Assembly: GCA_041649575.1 (NCBI GenBank)
Contig: JBAZMW010000004.1
Span: 60,001-92,000 of the forward strand
From: Patescibacteria group bacterium
GTDB lineage: Bacteria; Patescibacteriota; Patescibacteriia; 2-01-FULL-39-33
Reading direction: 5' to 3'
Length of the DNA stretch: 32,000 nt
Below are positions 1-7,988 of the stretch, piece by piece. Numbering within the stretch: position 1 is the first letter of the stretch; each line of letters begins with the position of its first letter. Under the pieces are notes generated by a model. It was given only the letters and a program-made list of their open reading frames with translations. It had not been told where the DNA came from and searched no databases. Made by a program: the position numbers and the translations under genes.

Positions 1-1100
1 AGTAAGGCTGAGTCAGGACTAAAAAATACTTCTGTTTCGCCATTGGCTATCGCTAAATCAATTAAGTGCTGGGGAGGACGAATTTTATCTTCAATAGAAT
101 CTATCTCTTGATTTAAACGGCAAATTTCATCAAAGTCTGACTCATCAGCGACATAAAGACCATGACGAGATTCCCAAGCGTAAATTCTGCCACTTAAAAT
201 AAAAGGTCGACGATTATTGTGCCTTGACTCTAGTAGTTCACCTTTTTCAAAATGGTTATATATTTCCTGAGCTCGCATTTTTAAAAAATAACTGCCCTCG
301 TTTTTTTCTATGGCTTCCTTTAAAACCATTATAACTTTAGAGCCAGCTTTCTCGGAAAAAGAATAGTCCTGAGAAACCTCACATAGCCTCCTAATAAACT
401 CTAAAAAAACAGCGGTACGAGAAAAATTCTTACTATTGGAAAAATCTAAATTATCAACTAAAACCTGATCATAAAGTTCGCTAAAAAAAGAATAGGCGTA
501 GTTTAAACCATGCAGAACCTCGCTCTCCAAATCCGCGTCAGTGTCTGGCCGACAAATTAAATCCACTAAGCCTTCTATAAAAATGTCTGGGCGTATTGTC
601 TGGGGATCCTGAAAAAGATACTGAAAAAATTTTCTACTAGCACTCGGGCTCTGGTGGTGAGTTTTAATAACAGCTTTAAAGGTCTTGTCAGCTATAGATT
701 CATCTTTGGAGCCGTCCCTTTTAAAATCTCCGTGAAGCTGAAGCGCGCAATTCAAGTCCATCGCCAGAAGATCTTGCTCTGCCTCTGGCCTATCCTCGAT
801 TAAGGATAAACCCCTACTAATTATCGCCTCTACTATCTCTGGTGGCAATAAGTGTCTCTGACTATTTTGCTCTAATTCTGGCAGTAGCTTCTTAAAAAAA
901 TAGTCAAATGGCAGGGAATTAATTAAAACCAGTGCCTGATTTTTTTTAGTCTGATCTACAGGGGTTGTTTCTTGTCTATCCGCTATAGATAGCAACAAAC
1001 CCCTGCCCACCAAATAGTCAAACAAATTTTCTTCAAATTTTGACTCTTTTTGATCAGAACTTGCTTCAGCTTTATTTGCTATTTTTTTTTCGCCTTCCAT
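1..1100 (-). CDS. hypothetical protein (partial; C-terminal part lies beyond the window start), directly downstream of smc
   Basis: Not in the supplied ORF track, presumably because it is open at the window edge. The ATG at 1100-1098 lies 3 nt after the smc stop codon (1104-1106). I walked the minus-strand frame by hand (plus-strand triplets starting at positions divisible by 3). No TTA/CTA/TCA occurs down to base 3, giving at least 366 sense codons. N-terminus MEGEKKIANKAEASSDQKESKFEENLFDYLVGRGLL. No family motif recognised. Confidence 0.55.
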   Translation of the reverse strand, partial: MEGEKKIANKAEASSDQKESKFEENLFDYLVGRGLLLSIADRQETTPVDQTKKNQALVLINSLPFDYFFKKLLPELEQNSQRHLLPPEIVEAIISRGLSLIEDRPEAEQDLLAMDLNCALQLHGDFKRDGSKDESIADKTFKAVIKTHHQSPSASRKFFQYLFQDPQTIRPDIFIEGLVDLICRPDTDADLESEVLHGLNYAYSFFSELYDQVLVDNLDFSNSKNFSRTAVFLEFIRRLCEVSQDYSFSEKAGSKVIMVLKEAIEKNEGSYFLKMRAQEIYNHFEKGELLESRHNNRRPFILSGRIYAWESRHGLYVADESDFDEICRLNQEIDSIEDKIRPPQHLIDLAIANGETEVFFSPDSAL

Positions 1101-1103
1101 ATT

Positions 1104-3866
1104 TTATTTCCCTATTTTTTCCGCCTCGGCTAATTTGAGCGACAAGAGCCGAGAAACACCGTCGCCTTGCATAGTGACACCATAAAGCACATTGGCGCGC
1201 GACATAATGGCCCGATTGTGGGTGATGACGATAAATTGAGTTTTATGGGCCAGCTCCTCGATGATATCGCTGAACTTGGCGGAGTTGTTTTCGTCCAGAG
1301 CCGCGTCTACCTCGTCAAAAAGAATGAAAGGCGAGGGATTGTTGGCAATGATGGCGCAAATTAAGGCCAGGGCGGTCATGGTTTTTTCCCCGCCGGAAAG
1401 CACGCTGACGCTTTTAATTTTTTTGCCTGGCGGACAGGCTTCGATATCAATGCCTATATTGGCCAAGAAAGATTTATCCTCGGGACAAACCTCTTTTTTT
1501 TCTGGGGTAGCTTCTTTTAGCTCCTCTGCCGCCGTATTTTCTGGCAACGGAACAGAATTTTTCTGGGCGATTTCTTCGCGGATTATTTCGGCTTCGGTTT
1601 GTTCTTCCTGTTTCTGCGTCAAAACCAATTTGGCGCCGCCGCCATCGAACAACTTTTTGAAATAACGCGAAAAATCCTGATTGATTCTTTTAAATTCTTC
1701 TTCGAATTGCTTTTTAATTAATTTGTCCAACTCCACCACCACCTTCTCCAAGTCTTTGATGGCTTTTTTCAGGTCGTCGCTTTGCTGACTAAGAAAATCA
1801 TAACGAGTTTTGACTTCCTCATATTCTTTTTCCACCTCCGGATCGGTGCCGCCAATCAGTTCCAACTGTTTTTTGAGCCGGCTGATTTTCAAAGACAGTT
1901 CGCCAATGTTGATATTTTTCAAACTACTGTCGACTTTGGGCCGATAGTCCTGGCCCAAATCTTGCCGCATGGCGGAAAAAAGGTCTTCTTTTTTGGTTTC
2001 TACCTTGGCCAATTCCACCCGCACCTCATTAAAGGCCAAATTGACTTTATTTAATTCCAATTGCAATTGGTGCATCTTTTCCTGCAGAATAAAAACTTCT
2101 TGTTTTTTGCTTTCCTCGGCTTCATTAAAGCTATCGATTTGCTCTTTAACTTCCGCCAATGATTTTTCGGTTTTGGCCAACTGGCTTTCTAATTCCTTTT
2201 TCTCTGCCGCCAGCCCTTTGGCCAGCTCGTCCTGATCTTTGGGGGCTAGCTGGTTTTTGGCCAGTTGTTCGGCGGTTTTATTCAGCTCGGACTCCAATTC
2301 TCCTACTTTATTCCGGAGAGAATTCTTTTGGGAAAGCGCCACTTCGACTTTAATTTTTATCTCGTTAATTTCGTTGACCAAGAGGTCTTTATCTTTCAAA
2401 AAACCTGACAGTTGATTTTGCAGAGCGGCAATCTCTTGTGACTGCTCCTGACGGTTGGCGCTGGAGAGACGCTGATAAAAAACTTCCATCTCCGCGAACA
2501 GATTATCGGCTTCGCGTTTCAAGTCTTCCAAAACTTCCAGGGTGGCAGTCCGCCTCAATTTATTAGTGAAATCACGCTGCAACAGATAGATGCGATTGAC
2601 GGTTTGGCGGATTTCTTTTTCGGAAATACCCAATTCGCTCTGAAATTCTTTTTGTAATTTCAATAAATTATCCTCCAACTCCCTGAATTCGCTCAAAACC
2701 ATTTCTTGCCGCGATCGCTTGCCGTTTAAATCCTCTTGCCAGCGCTTAATTTGTTTTTCTTGATCAGCGATCTGAACGCCAAAATTTTTAAGCTGCGCGT
2801 TTAATTCGTCCTGACGCCTTTCGAGCCAAGACAAGTCCTGCCGACCGACTTTCAGATATTCCACATCCAATTTGCCTTTGACTTCCGCCAGTGACTGGAG
2901 CAAAGAGTTTCTTAAAGCCAGCTTTTGATCGTAATCGTTTTGCAATTTATTGAACTCTTCTGCCCGTCCGCGCTGACGACCGATTTCTTCCAATTGCCTG
3001 TGTAGTAAGTCTATTTCCCGCTCCAGCCGCATGCCGCTTTTTTCTTTTTCGGTAAAAGAGCGGGCCAGCTCCTGATAACTAGCGTCTAAATCAAGCCAGA
3101 GGTGGCCGTAATAGTTCATTTGCCATTGCCGCAATTCTTTTTCTATCTCTTTGCGTTTTTGCAAACGATTGACCTGGCGCGTCAGTGATTTCAGGTGCGG
3201 CTCCAGCTCAACCAACAACCCCTTGACCTGTTCGATGTTTTCCCTGGATTTTTTTAGCTTACCAACCGAACGGTCGCGCTTGAGCTGAAACTGCTTGACA
3301 CCGGTCGCCTCATCAAAAAATTCTTTTCTTTCCTGGGTCGAATAGTTAACCAAACGATCAACCATGCCTTGGCCGATGATACTATAGGTATTTTGGCCAA
3401 AGTTGGCTTTGGCCAAAAATATAATAATATCAAACAGCCGCACTTCATTTTTATTGAGTAAATATTGAGAGGAAGCGTCACGATAAATTTTTCTGGTAAT
3501 CGCCACTTCGGCATAGTCCACCGGAGCCGATTTGTCTTCATTGTTTAAATGCAGAGAAACTTCGGCCAAGCTCATTTGGGATCTGTTGGAGGAACCGGAA
3601 AAAATCACGTCGGTCGATTTTTTGCCACGCAGCAGCTTCAGCGACTGTTCGCCCAAAACCCAGCGCACGGCGTCAACCACATTGGACTTGCCCGAGCCAT
3701 TAGGGCCGACGATGGCTGTGACGCCGCAAATGCCTCGCGGCAACTGTCCGGTCCGCGACGAAAGGTGTGGGGCGATTTGGCAGCCCTGGCCGGGCGTGGG
3801 AAATTCCAACACCGTCTTTTGGGCAAAAGATTTGAATCCTTGGAGTTCGATACGCTGAAGATACAT
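1104..3866 (-). CDS. smc: chromosome segregation ATPase SMC (short, 920 aa)
   Basis: N-terminus MYLQRIELQGFKSFA. Walker A GPNGSGKSN. C-terminal head has the LELIGGTDPEVEKEYEEVKTRYDFL motif, ABC signature LSGGEKTMTALAL and Walker B ILFDEVDAALD. The middle is long and coiled-coil-like. No hinge-like globular segment recognised by eye. Confidence 0.9.
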   Translation of the reverse strand: MYLQRIELQGFKSFAQKTVLEFPTPGQGCQIAPHLSSRTGQLPRGICGVTAIVGPNGSGKSNVVDAVRWVLGEQSLKLLRGKKSTDVIFSGSSNRSQMSLAEVSLHLNNEDKSAPVDYAEVAITRKIYRDASSQYLLNKNEVRLFDIIIFLAKANFGQNTYSIIGQGMVDRLVNYSTQERKEFFDEATGVKQFQLKRDRSVGKLKKSRENIEQVKGLLVELEPHLKSLTRQVNRLQKRKEIEKELRQWQMNYYGHLWLDLDASYQELARSFTEKEKSGMRLEREIDLLHRQLEEIGRQRGRAEEFNKLQNDYDQKLALRNSLLQSLAEVKGKLDVEYLKVGRQDLSWLERRQDELNAQLKNFGVQIADQEKQIKRWQEDLNGKRSRQEMVLSEFRELEDNLLKLQKEFQSELGISEKEIRQTVNRIYLLQRDFTNKLRRTATLEVLEDLKREADNLFAEMEVFYQRLSSANRQEQSQEIAALQNQLSGFLKDKDLLVNEINEIKIKVEVALSQKNSLRNKVGELESELNKTAEQLAKNQLAPKDQDELAKGLAAEKKELESQLAKTEKSLAEVKEQIDSFNEAEESKKQEVFILQEKMHQLQLELNKVNLAFNEVRVELAKVETKKEDLFSAMRQDLGQDYRPKVDSSLKNINIGELSLKISRLKKQLELIGGTDPEVEKEYEEVKTRYDFLSQQSDDLKKAIKDLEKVVVELDKLIKKQFEEEFKRINQDFSRYFKKLFDGGGAKLVLTQKQEEQTEAEIIREEIAQKNSVPLPENTAAEELKEATPEKKEVCPEDKSFLANIGIDIEACPPGKKIKSVSVLSGGEKTMTALALICAIIANNPSPFILFDEVDAALDENNSAKFSDIIEELAHKTQFIVITHNRAIMSRANVLYGVTMQGDGVSRLLSLKLAEAEKIGK

Positions 3867-3910
3867 TCAAATAAATTTAACTTTTATTAAATCGGGCTTT
3901 AATCGCCTTG

Positions 3911-3931
3911 ATAGTTTAAAGATTAAACTAT
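3911..3931. promoter_or_regulatory. perfect 9-bp inverted repeat ATAGTTTAA-aga-TTAAACTAT between divergent smc and the NYN cassette (possible operator)
   Basis: Read directly: 3911-3919 is the reverse complement of 3923-3931. It lies about 45-65 nt upstream of the smc ATG. Function is not demonstrable from sequence. Confidence 0.25.
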
Positions 3932-3978
3932 AAAAAACCGGAGTTGTTCCTTTTATCTATTCTAACAGAAAATTCAAC

Positions 3979-4007
3979 TTGACAAAATAGCTGAAACAAT
4001 ATATAAT
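3979..4007 (+). promoter_or_regulatory. consensus sigma70-type promoter TTGACA-17 bp-TATAAT
   Basis: TTGACA at 3979-3984, a 17-nt spacer, then TATAAT at 4002-4007. It sits about 75 nt upstream of the 4082 ATG. Confidence 0.55.
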
Positions 4008-4081
4008 GCCGGAGTTGCCCGAGAACTGTTCTTGGCCGCAGCATTAAACCGTGGAGAAGTTTTGGAGGAGGGAAGACGCCC

Positions 4082-4921
4082 ATGGCAATATCCGCCAACA
4101 ATGGCGCCAACTCAATGCCAGCGCCGCTACTAGAAAGGCAGGAAGCGGTACTTAAGTTCTTTCCCAACAGAAAGCCGTCATCCAGACTTGATAGCAGCCC
4201 GTCTATCTCTGGACACGAAGGCATCGTGGTCTTTCCTGACAAGGAGCTTGGGCGAGCGATCGCTTCACAATGCTTGGTTGGCAAGAGTCTGCAGATCATG
4301 CTACAAGTCTACAAAACCGCAAGAGGGACCCACGTCTGGACCGCCAGCAAACACCCCCGAAAGAATCTGGTACTTCAAACCGCCGACCTTGGCGGAAAAG
4401 AAGTGGCGGTCATCATCGACGGGCAAAACCTGCTGGGGTCCATGAGACGACTCGGGCTGAAGTCAATGGTTGACACTATTAGCAGGGTTCTGCGACCATT
4501 CAGGCCGAAGCTTATCAATCTTTACCTGGGAGCCAACGACCTTATACAACTACTTCCCGCTGACAGGACAGCACTCCATTCCGGCGCAAGGATTGGTGAA
4601 ACGCAGTTGACACTCTTCACTGTGGAGACTCGGCGCGTGGCCGACGATAACGGTACCAGAATGAAGAACAATATCGACGGCAGTATACTGCCGATCCTGG
4701 GAGAGCTGACAAACGACAGATCTTGCGAAGGCCTAATACTCTTTACGGGCGACAAGGATTTCAGCACCGGCGTGGAGCTTTGGATGGGTATTGGCGAACA
4801 ATCACACCGCCCGGGCAGACCGGCCATTGTGGTCTCGGCCGATCCCATGCTTAGCACCGAACTGCGAGAGGCCATGAACCACCCCAGAGGGAACCTGATC
4901 TTTTTGGAAGACCTGTGTTGA
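4082..4921 (+). CDS. NYN/LabA-like (PIN-like nuclease fold) domain protein with an unassigned N-terminal ~100 aa
   Basis: 279-aa ORF. Motifs VAVIIDGQNL, NNIDGSILPILGEL and LILFTGDKDF match the acidic motifs of the NYN (DUF88/LabA) family. Shine-Dalgarno GGAGGAGGG at 4064-4072. The stretch is GC-rich (37/60 G+C hand-counted at 4381-4440). Confidence 0.55.
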   Translation: MAISANNGANSMPAPLLERQEAVLKFFPNRKPSSRLDSSPSISGHEGIVVFPDKELGRAIASQCLVGKSLQIMLQVYKTARGTHVWTASKHPRKNLVLQTADLGGKEVAVIIDGQNLLGSMRRLGLKSMVDTISRVLRPFRPKLINLYLGANDLIQLLPADRTALHSGARIGETQLTLFTVETRRVADDNGTRMKNNIDGSILPILGELTNDRSCEGLILFTGDKDFSTGVELWMGIGEQSHRPGRPAIVVSADPMLSTELREAMNHPRGNLIFLEDLC

Positions 4922-4943
4922 AACCAGTCTGCGCTATAACACC

Positions 4944-4979
4944 CGGCCGACTCTGGCAAGAGTCTGGCCGATTTTTTTT
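4944..4979 (+). terminator. rho-independent terminator of the NYN cassette
   Basis: CGGCCGACTCT-ggca-AGAGTCTGGCCG stem with one bulged base, followed by A then T8 (4972-4979). Confidence 0.7.
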
Positions 4980-5053
4980 ATTAAAAAACGCCAAGACAAT
5001 CTAAATTCCGAAGCCTGACTTAAAATTTGTAAATTCCTGAATTTCAACTAAAA

Positions 5054-5062
5054 TGCTATAAT
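5054..5062 (+). promoter_or_regulatory. extended -10 element TGCTATAAT upstream of polA
   Basis: TGnTATAAT at 5054-5062, 26 nt before the polA ATG. No clear -35. Confidence 0.4.
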
Positions 5063-5087
5063 ACAGCCAATTAAGCAACCAATAGCT

Positions 5088-7988
5088 ATGACAAACAAAA
5101 AACAGAGGCTGGTTATCGTTGACAGCAATGCTCTGATTCATCGCGCTTTCCATGCCTTGCCACCACTCTCCAACAAAGAAGGCCAATTGACCAATGCGGT
5201 CTATGGCTTCACTATGATTTTAATCAAAGCCATCAAAGACTTAAAACCAGATTATTTGGCTGCCTGCTTTGATTTAAAAGGCAAAACTTTCCGCCACGAG
5301 GCCTATGATCAATACAAGGCCACCAGGATAAAACAGCCCGACGAACTCTACCAGCAAATTCCCATCGTCAAAGAGGTTTTAGAGGCTTTCAAAATTCCTG
5401 TTTTCGAAAAAGAGGGGCTGGAAGCCGACGATTTAATCGGCACCATCGCTCACTTAAAATCTGTTGACCGTCCGGACATCGAAACCATTATCGTCACCGG
5501 CGACCAAGACACTCTGCAGCTTGTCGACTATAATACCAAGGTGCTAACGCCGCATAAAGGCATGAGCGAAACCATCCTTTATGGCGAGGATGAGGTAAAA
5601 GGAAAATTCGGCGGCCTGGAGCCCAAACAACTAATTGATTATAAAGGGCTACGTGGCGACGCCTCTGATAACATTCCAGGAGTCAGGGGTATTGGTGAAA
5701 AAGGAGCCATTGAACTTTTGCGAGAGTTTGGCAGCGTGGAGAATGTTTACAAAAACATTAAATCCAAAAAAATTAAAGAACGAACGCGCGAGCTGCTTTT
5801 GGCCAACAAAGACACGGCGCTATTATCGAAAAGGCTGGCGACCATAGTTTTGGACGCTCCGATAAAATTCGAATTGGAAAACTGCCGCTTTAGCGGCTTT
5901 GATAAAAATGCCGTGGTAGATATTTTTCAAAAATTAAACTTCAAACGACTACTGGCGCAACTAGCCACACTTTTAAAAAATGACCCTGCGACAACAATAG
6001 GGCAAGGAAATTTATTTTCCCAGATGTCATTCCGAGGAGTCCAGTCATTACACCGACTAGACGACGTTGGCCTGCCTGCCGGCAAGGCAGGGATCCCGTC
6101 TAATATTGAAAAAGATGGGATTGCCGCGGTCGCTCCGCTCCCTCGCAATGACAATAAAAAAATCGGCCGGCAAAATTATCAGTTGGTTGATGAGGAAAAA
6201 ACCGCCAAAAAATTCTTAACTGAACTGAAAAGGCAGCGCGAGTTTTGTTTTGATACCGAAACCACCGGACTGGATCCTTTTCAGAACAAACTACTGGGAA
6301 TCAGTTTTTGTTGGCAGGAAGGCGAGGCTAGTTATTTGACAGTCAGGATTATTAAAAACAATCTTAAAGAGCTAAAAAAAATATTTGAGAACAAAAATGT
6401 AAAAAAAATCGGCCATAATCTAAAATATGATATTGAGATTTTGGAAAAAAGCGGCCTAAAGACCAATAGGCTTCACTTCGACACCATGATCGCTTCCTAT
6501 GTTTTGAACCCCGGCGGCCGCCAGCATAATTTAGACACGCTGGCTTTCGTTGAACTGGGATACCAAATGCAACCGATAGAGGAGTTGATCGGCAAGGGAC
6601 GAGGCCAAATATCCATGGCCGAAGTGCCAATAGACAAAGTTTGTTGGTATTCTTGCGAAGATGCCGATCTGACTTTTAGACTGTACCAGAAACTGAAGCA
6701 AGAGCTGGGTGAGCAAGGCACGGAGGGCCTGTTGGAAAACCTGGAAATGCCGCTGGTGGAGGTTTTGGCGACAATAGAAACTAACGGCGTTAAAATTAAT
6801 GACAAAATTTTAAAAAAATTAAGTGATGATTTCGCCAAAAAAATTTCTGCCATAGAAAAAAATACCTGGAAGCTAGTTGGAGAAAAATTCAATTTGGCCT
6901 CGCCGTTACAATTAAAACAAATACTGTTTAAAAAACTAAAAATTGACGGGGCTGGGCTGGCTAAAACAAAAACTGGCATTTCCACCGGCGCGGCAGAACT
7001 GGAAAAACTGGCTGCTTGGTTCAGAGAAAACAAGGCGGACGAAAAAAAACTCAAGGTTATAAATTTACTTCTTGAATTTCGCGAGTTATCAAAATTGAAA
7101 TCAACTTATCTGGACGCCTTGCCGGCTCTAATAAATAAGGTTGACGGCCGGGTCCATACCAGCTTTAACCAAACCGTGACAGCCACCGGTCGCCTATCGT
7201 CCAGCGAGCCAAACCTGCAAAATATTCCTATTCGCACAGAAACTGGCGGACCAATAAGACGCGCTTTCATCGCCGAGCGGGGCTACAAAATAATGAAAGC
7301 CGACTATTCGCAAATCGAATTGCGTATTGTCGCCTCACTGGCCAATGACAAAAAAATGTTAAAAATTTTTGAGAGCGGCGGCGACATTCATACCAGCACC
7401 GCGGCTTTTATCCACGGCATCAAACCCGAAGAGGTGACCAAAGAAATCAGGCGTACCGCCAAGGAAGTTAATTTTGGTGTCCTCTATGGCATGGGTGCCT
7501 GGGGGCTCTCGCAACGCACCGGCATTTCCAACACGGAAGCGCAAAAATTTATCAGCAAATACTTTTCTACTTTTAAAGAAGTGAAAAAATGGCTGGATGA
7601 AACCATTGAGCTTGCCAAAGAACGCGGCTACGTGGAAACGCTTTACGGCCGCCGGCGCTACTTACCGGAAATCAATTCGGGCGTCAGCCAGGTACGCAGC
7701 GGCGCCGAACGCATGGCGGTCAACATGCCCATTCAGGGCACAGCCGCCGACTTAATAAAACTAGCGATGATCAAAATTCATAAAAATTTGCCCCATATCA
7801 GCCCTAAAGCCAAAATAATCCTGCAGGTGCATGACGAGTTGGTTTTTGAGGTGCCGGAAAAAGACATTAAAAAAGTGGCAAAGTTTGTCAGGGAAAAAAT
7901 GAGCTCGGTCATTAGGTTGCGCGCTCCGATTGAAGTAGAGGTCTCCGCCGGCGACAATTGGGGTGAGACCCGGGAAATAAATTTATGA
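5088..7988 (+). CDS. polA: DNA polymerase I (5'-nuclease + 3'-5' exonuclease-like + polymerase domains)
   Basis: 966 aa. 5'-nuclease N-terminus (LVIVDSNALIHRAFHALP, GDASDNIPGVRGIGEKGA). Exo I motif FDTETTGLD. Polymerase motifs RRAFIAERGY-ADYSQIELR, RRTAKEVNFGVLYGM and QVHDELVFEV. Confidence 0.95.
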   Translation: MTNKKQRLVIVDSNALIHRAFHALPPLSNKEGQLTNAVYGFTMILIKAIKDLKPDYLAACFDLKGKTFRHEAYDQYKATRIKQPDELYQQIPIVKEVLEAFKIPVFEKEGLEADDLIGTIAHLKSVDRPDIETIIVTGDQDTLQLVDYNTKVLTPHKGMSETILYGEDEVKGKFGGLEPKQLIDYKGLRGDASDNIPGVRGIGEKGAIELLREFGSVENVYKNIKSKKIKERTRELLLANKDTALLSKRLATIVLDAPIKFELENCRFSGFDKNAVVDIFQKLNFKRLLAQLATLLKNDPATTIGQGNLFSQMSFRGVQSLHRLDDVGLPAGKAGIPSNIEKDGIAAVAPLPRNDNKKIGRQNYQLVDEEKTAKKFLTELKRQREFCFDTETTGLDPFQNKLLGISFCWQEGEASYLTVRIIKNNLKELKKIFENKNVKKIGHNLKYDIEILEKSGLKTNRLHFDTMIASYVLNPGGRQHNLDTLAFVELGYQMQPIEELIGKGRGQISMAEVPIDKVCWYSCEDADLTFRLYQKLKQELGEQGTEGLLENLEMPLVEVLATIETNGVKINDKILKKLSDDFAKKISAIEKNTWKLVGEKFNLASPLQLKQILFKKLKIDGAGLAKTKTGISTGAAELEKLAAWFRENKADEKKLKVINLLLEFRELSKLKSTYLDALPALINKVDGRVHTSFNQTVTATGRLSSSEPNLQNIPIRTETGGPIRRAFIAERGYKIMKADYSQIELRIVASLANDKKMLKIFESGGDIHTSTAAFIHGIKPEEVTKEIRRTAKEVNFGVLYGMGAWGLSQRTGISNTEAQKFISKYFSTFKEVKKWLDETIELAKERGYVETLYGRRRYLPEINSGVSQVRSGAERMAVNMPIQGTAADLIKLAMIKIHKNLPHISPKAKIILQVHDELVFEVPEKDIKKVAKFVREKMSSVIRLRAPIEVEVSAGDNWGETREINL
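6026..6152. repeat. ~127-bp GC-rich element with imperfect terminal inverted repeats, read through in frame inside the polA interdomain linker
   Basis: Left end GTCATTCCGAGGAG (6026-6039). Right end CTCCCTCGCAATGAC (6138-6152), whose reverse complement is GTCATTGCGAGGGAG. Internal hairpins: CCTGCC-tgccggcaa-GGCAGG, and ATCCCGTCT...AGATGGGAT. It encodes SFRGVQSLHRLDDVGLPAGKAGIPSNIEKDGIAAVAPLPRND, between the 5'-nuclease domain and the exonuclease domain. Confidence 0.4.

Noticed and set aside
3928-4299. 123-aa minus-strand ORF overlapping the NYN cassette promoter and 5' end
   Set aside because: It is a shadow ORF in GC-rich DNA, antisense to a gene that has a promoter, Shine-Dalgarno, domain motifs and a terminator. 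It has no motifs or start context of its own.
6497-7054. 185-aa minus-strand ORF inside polA
   Set aside because: It is an antisense shadow within a well-supported DNA polymerase I gene.
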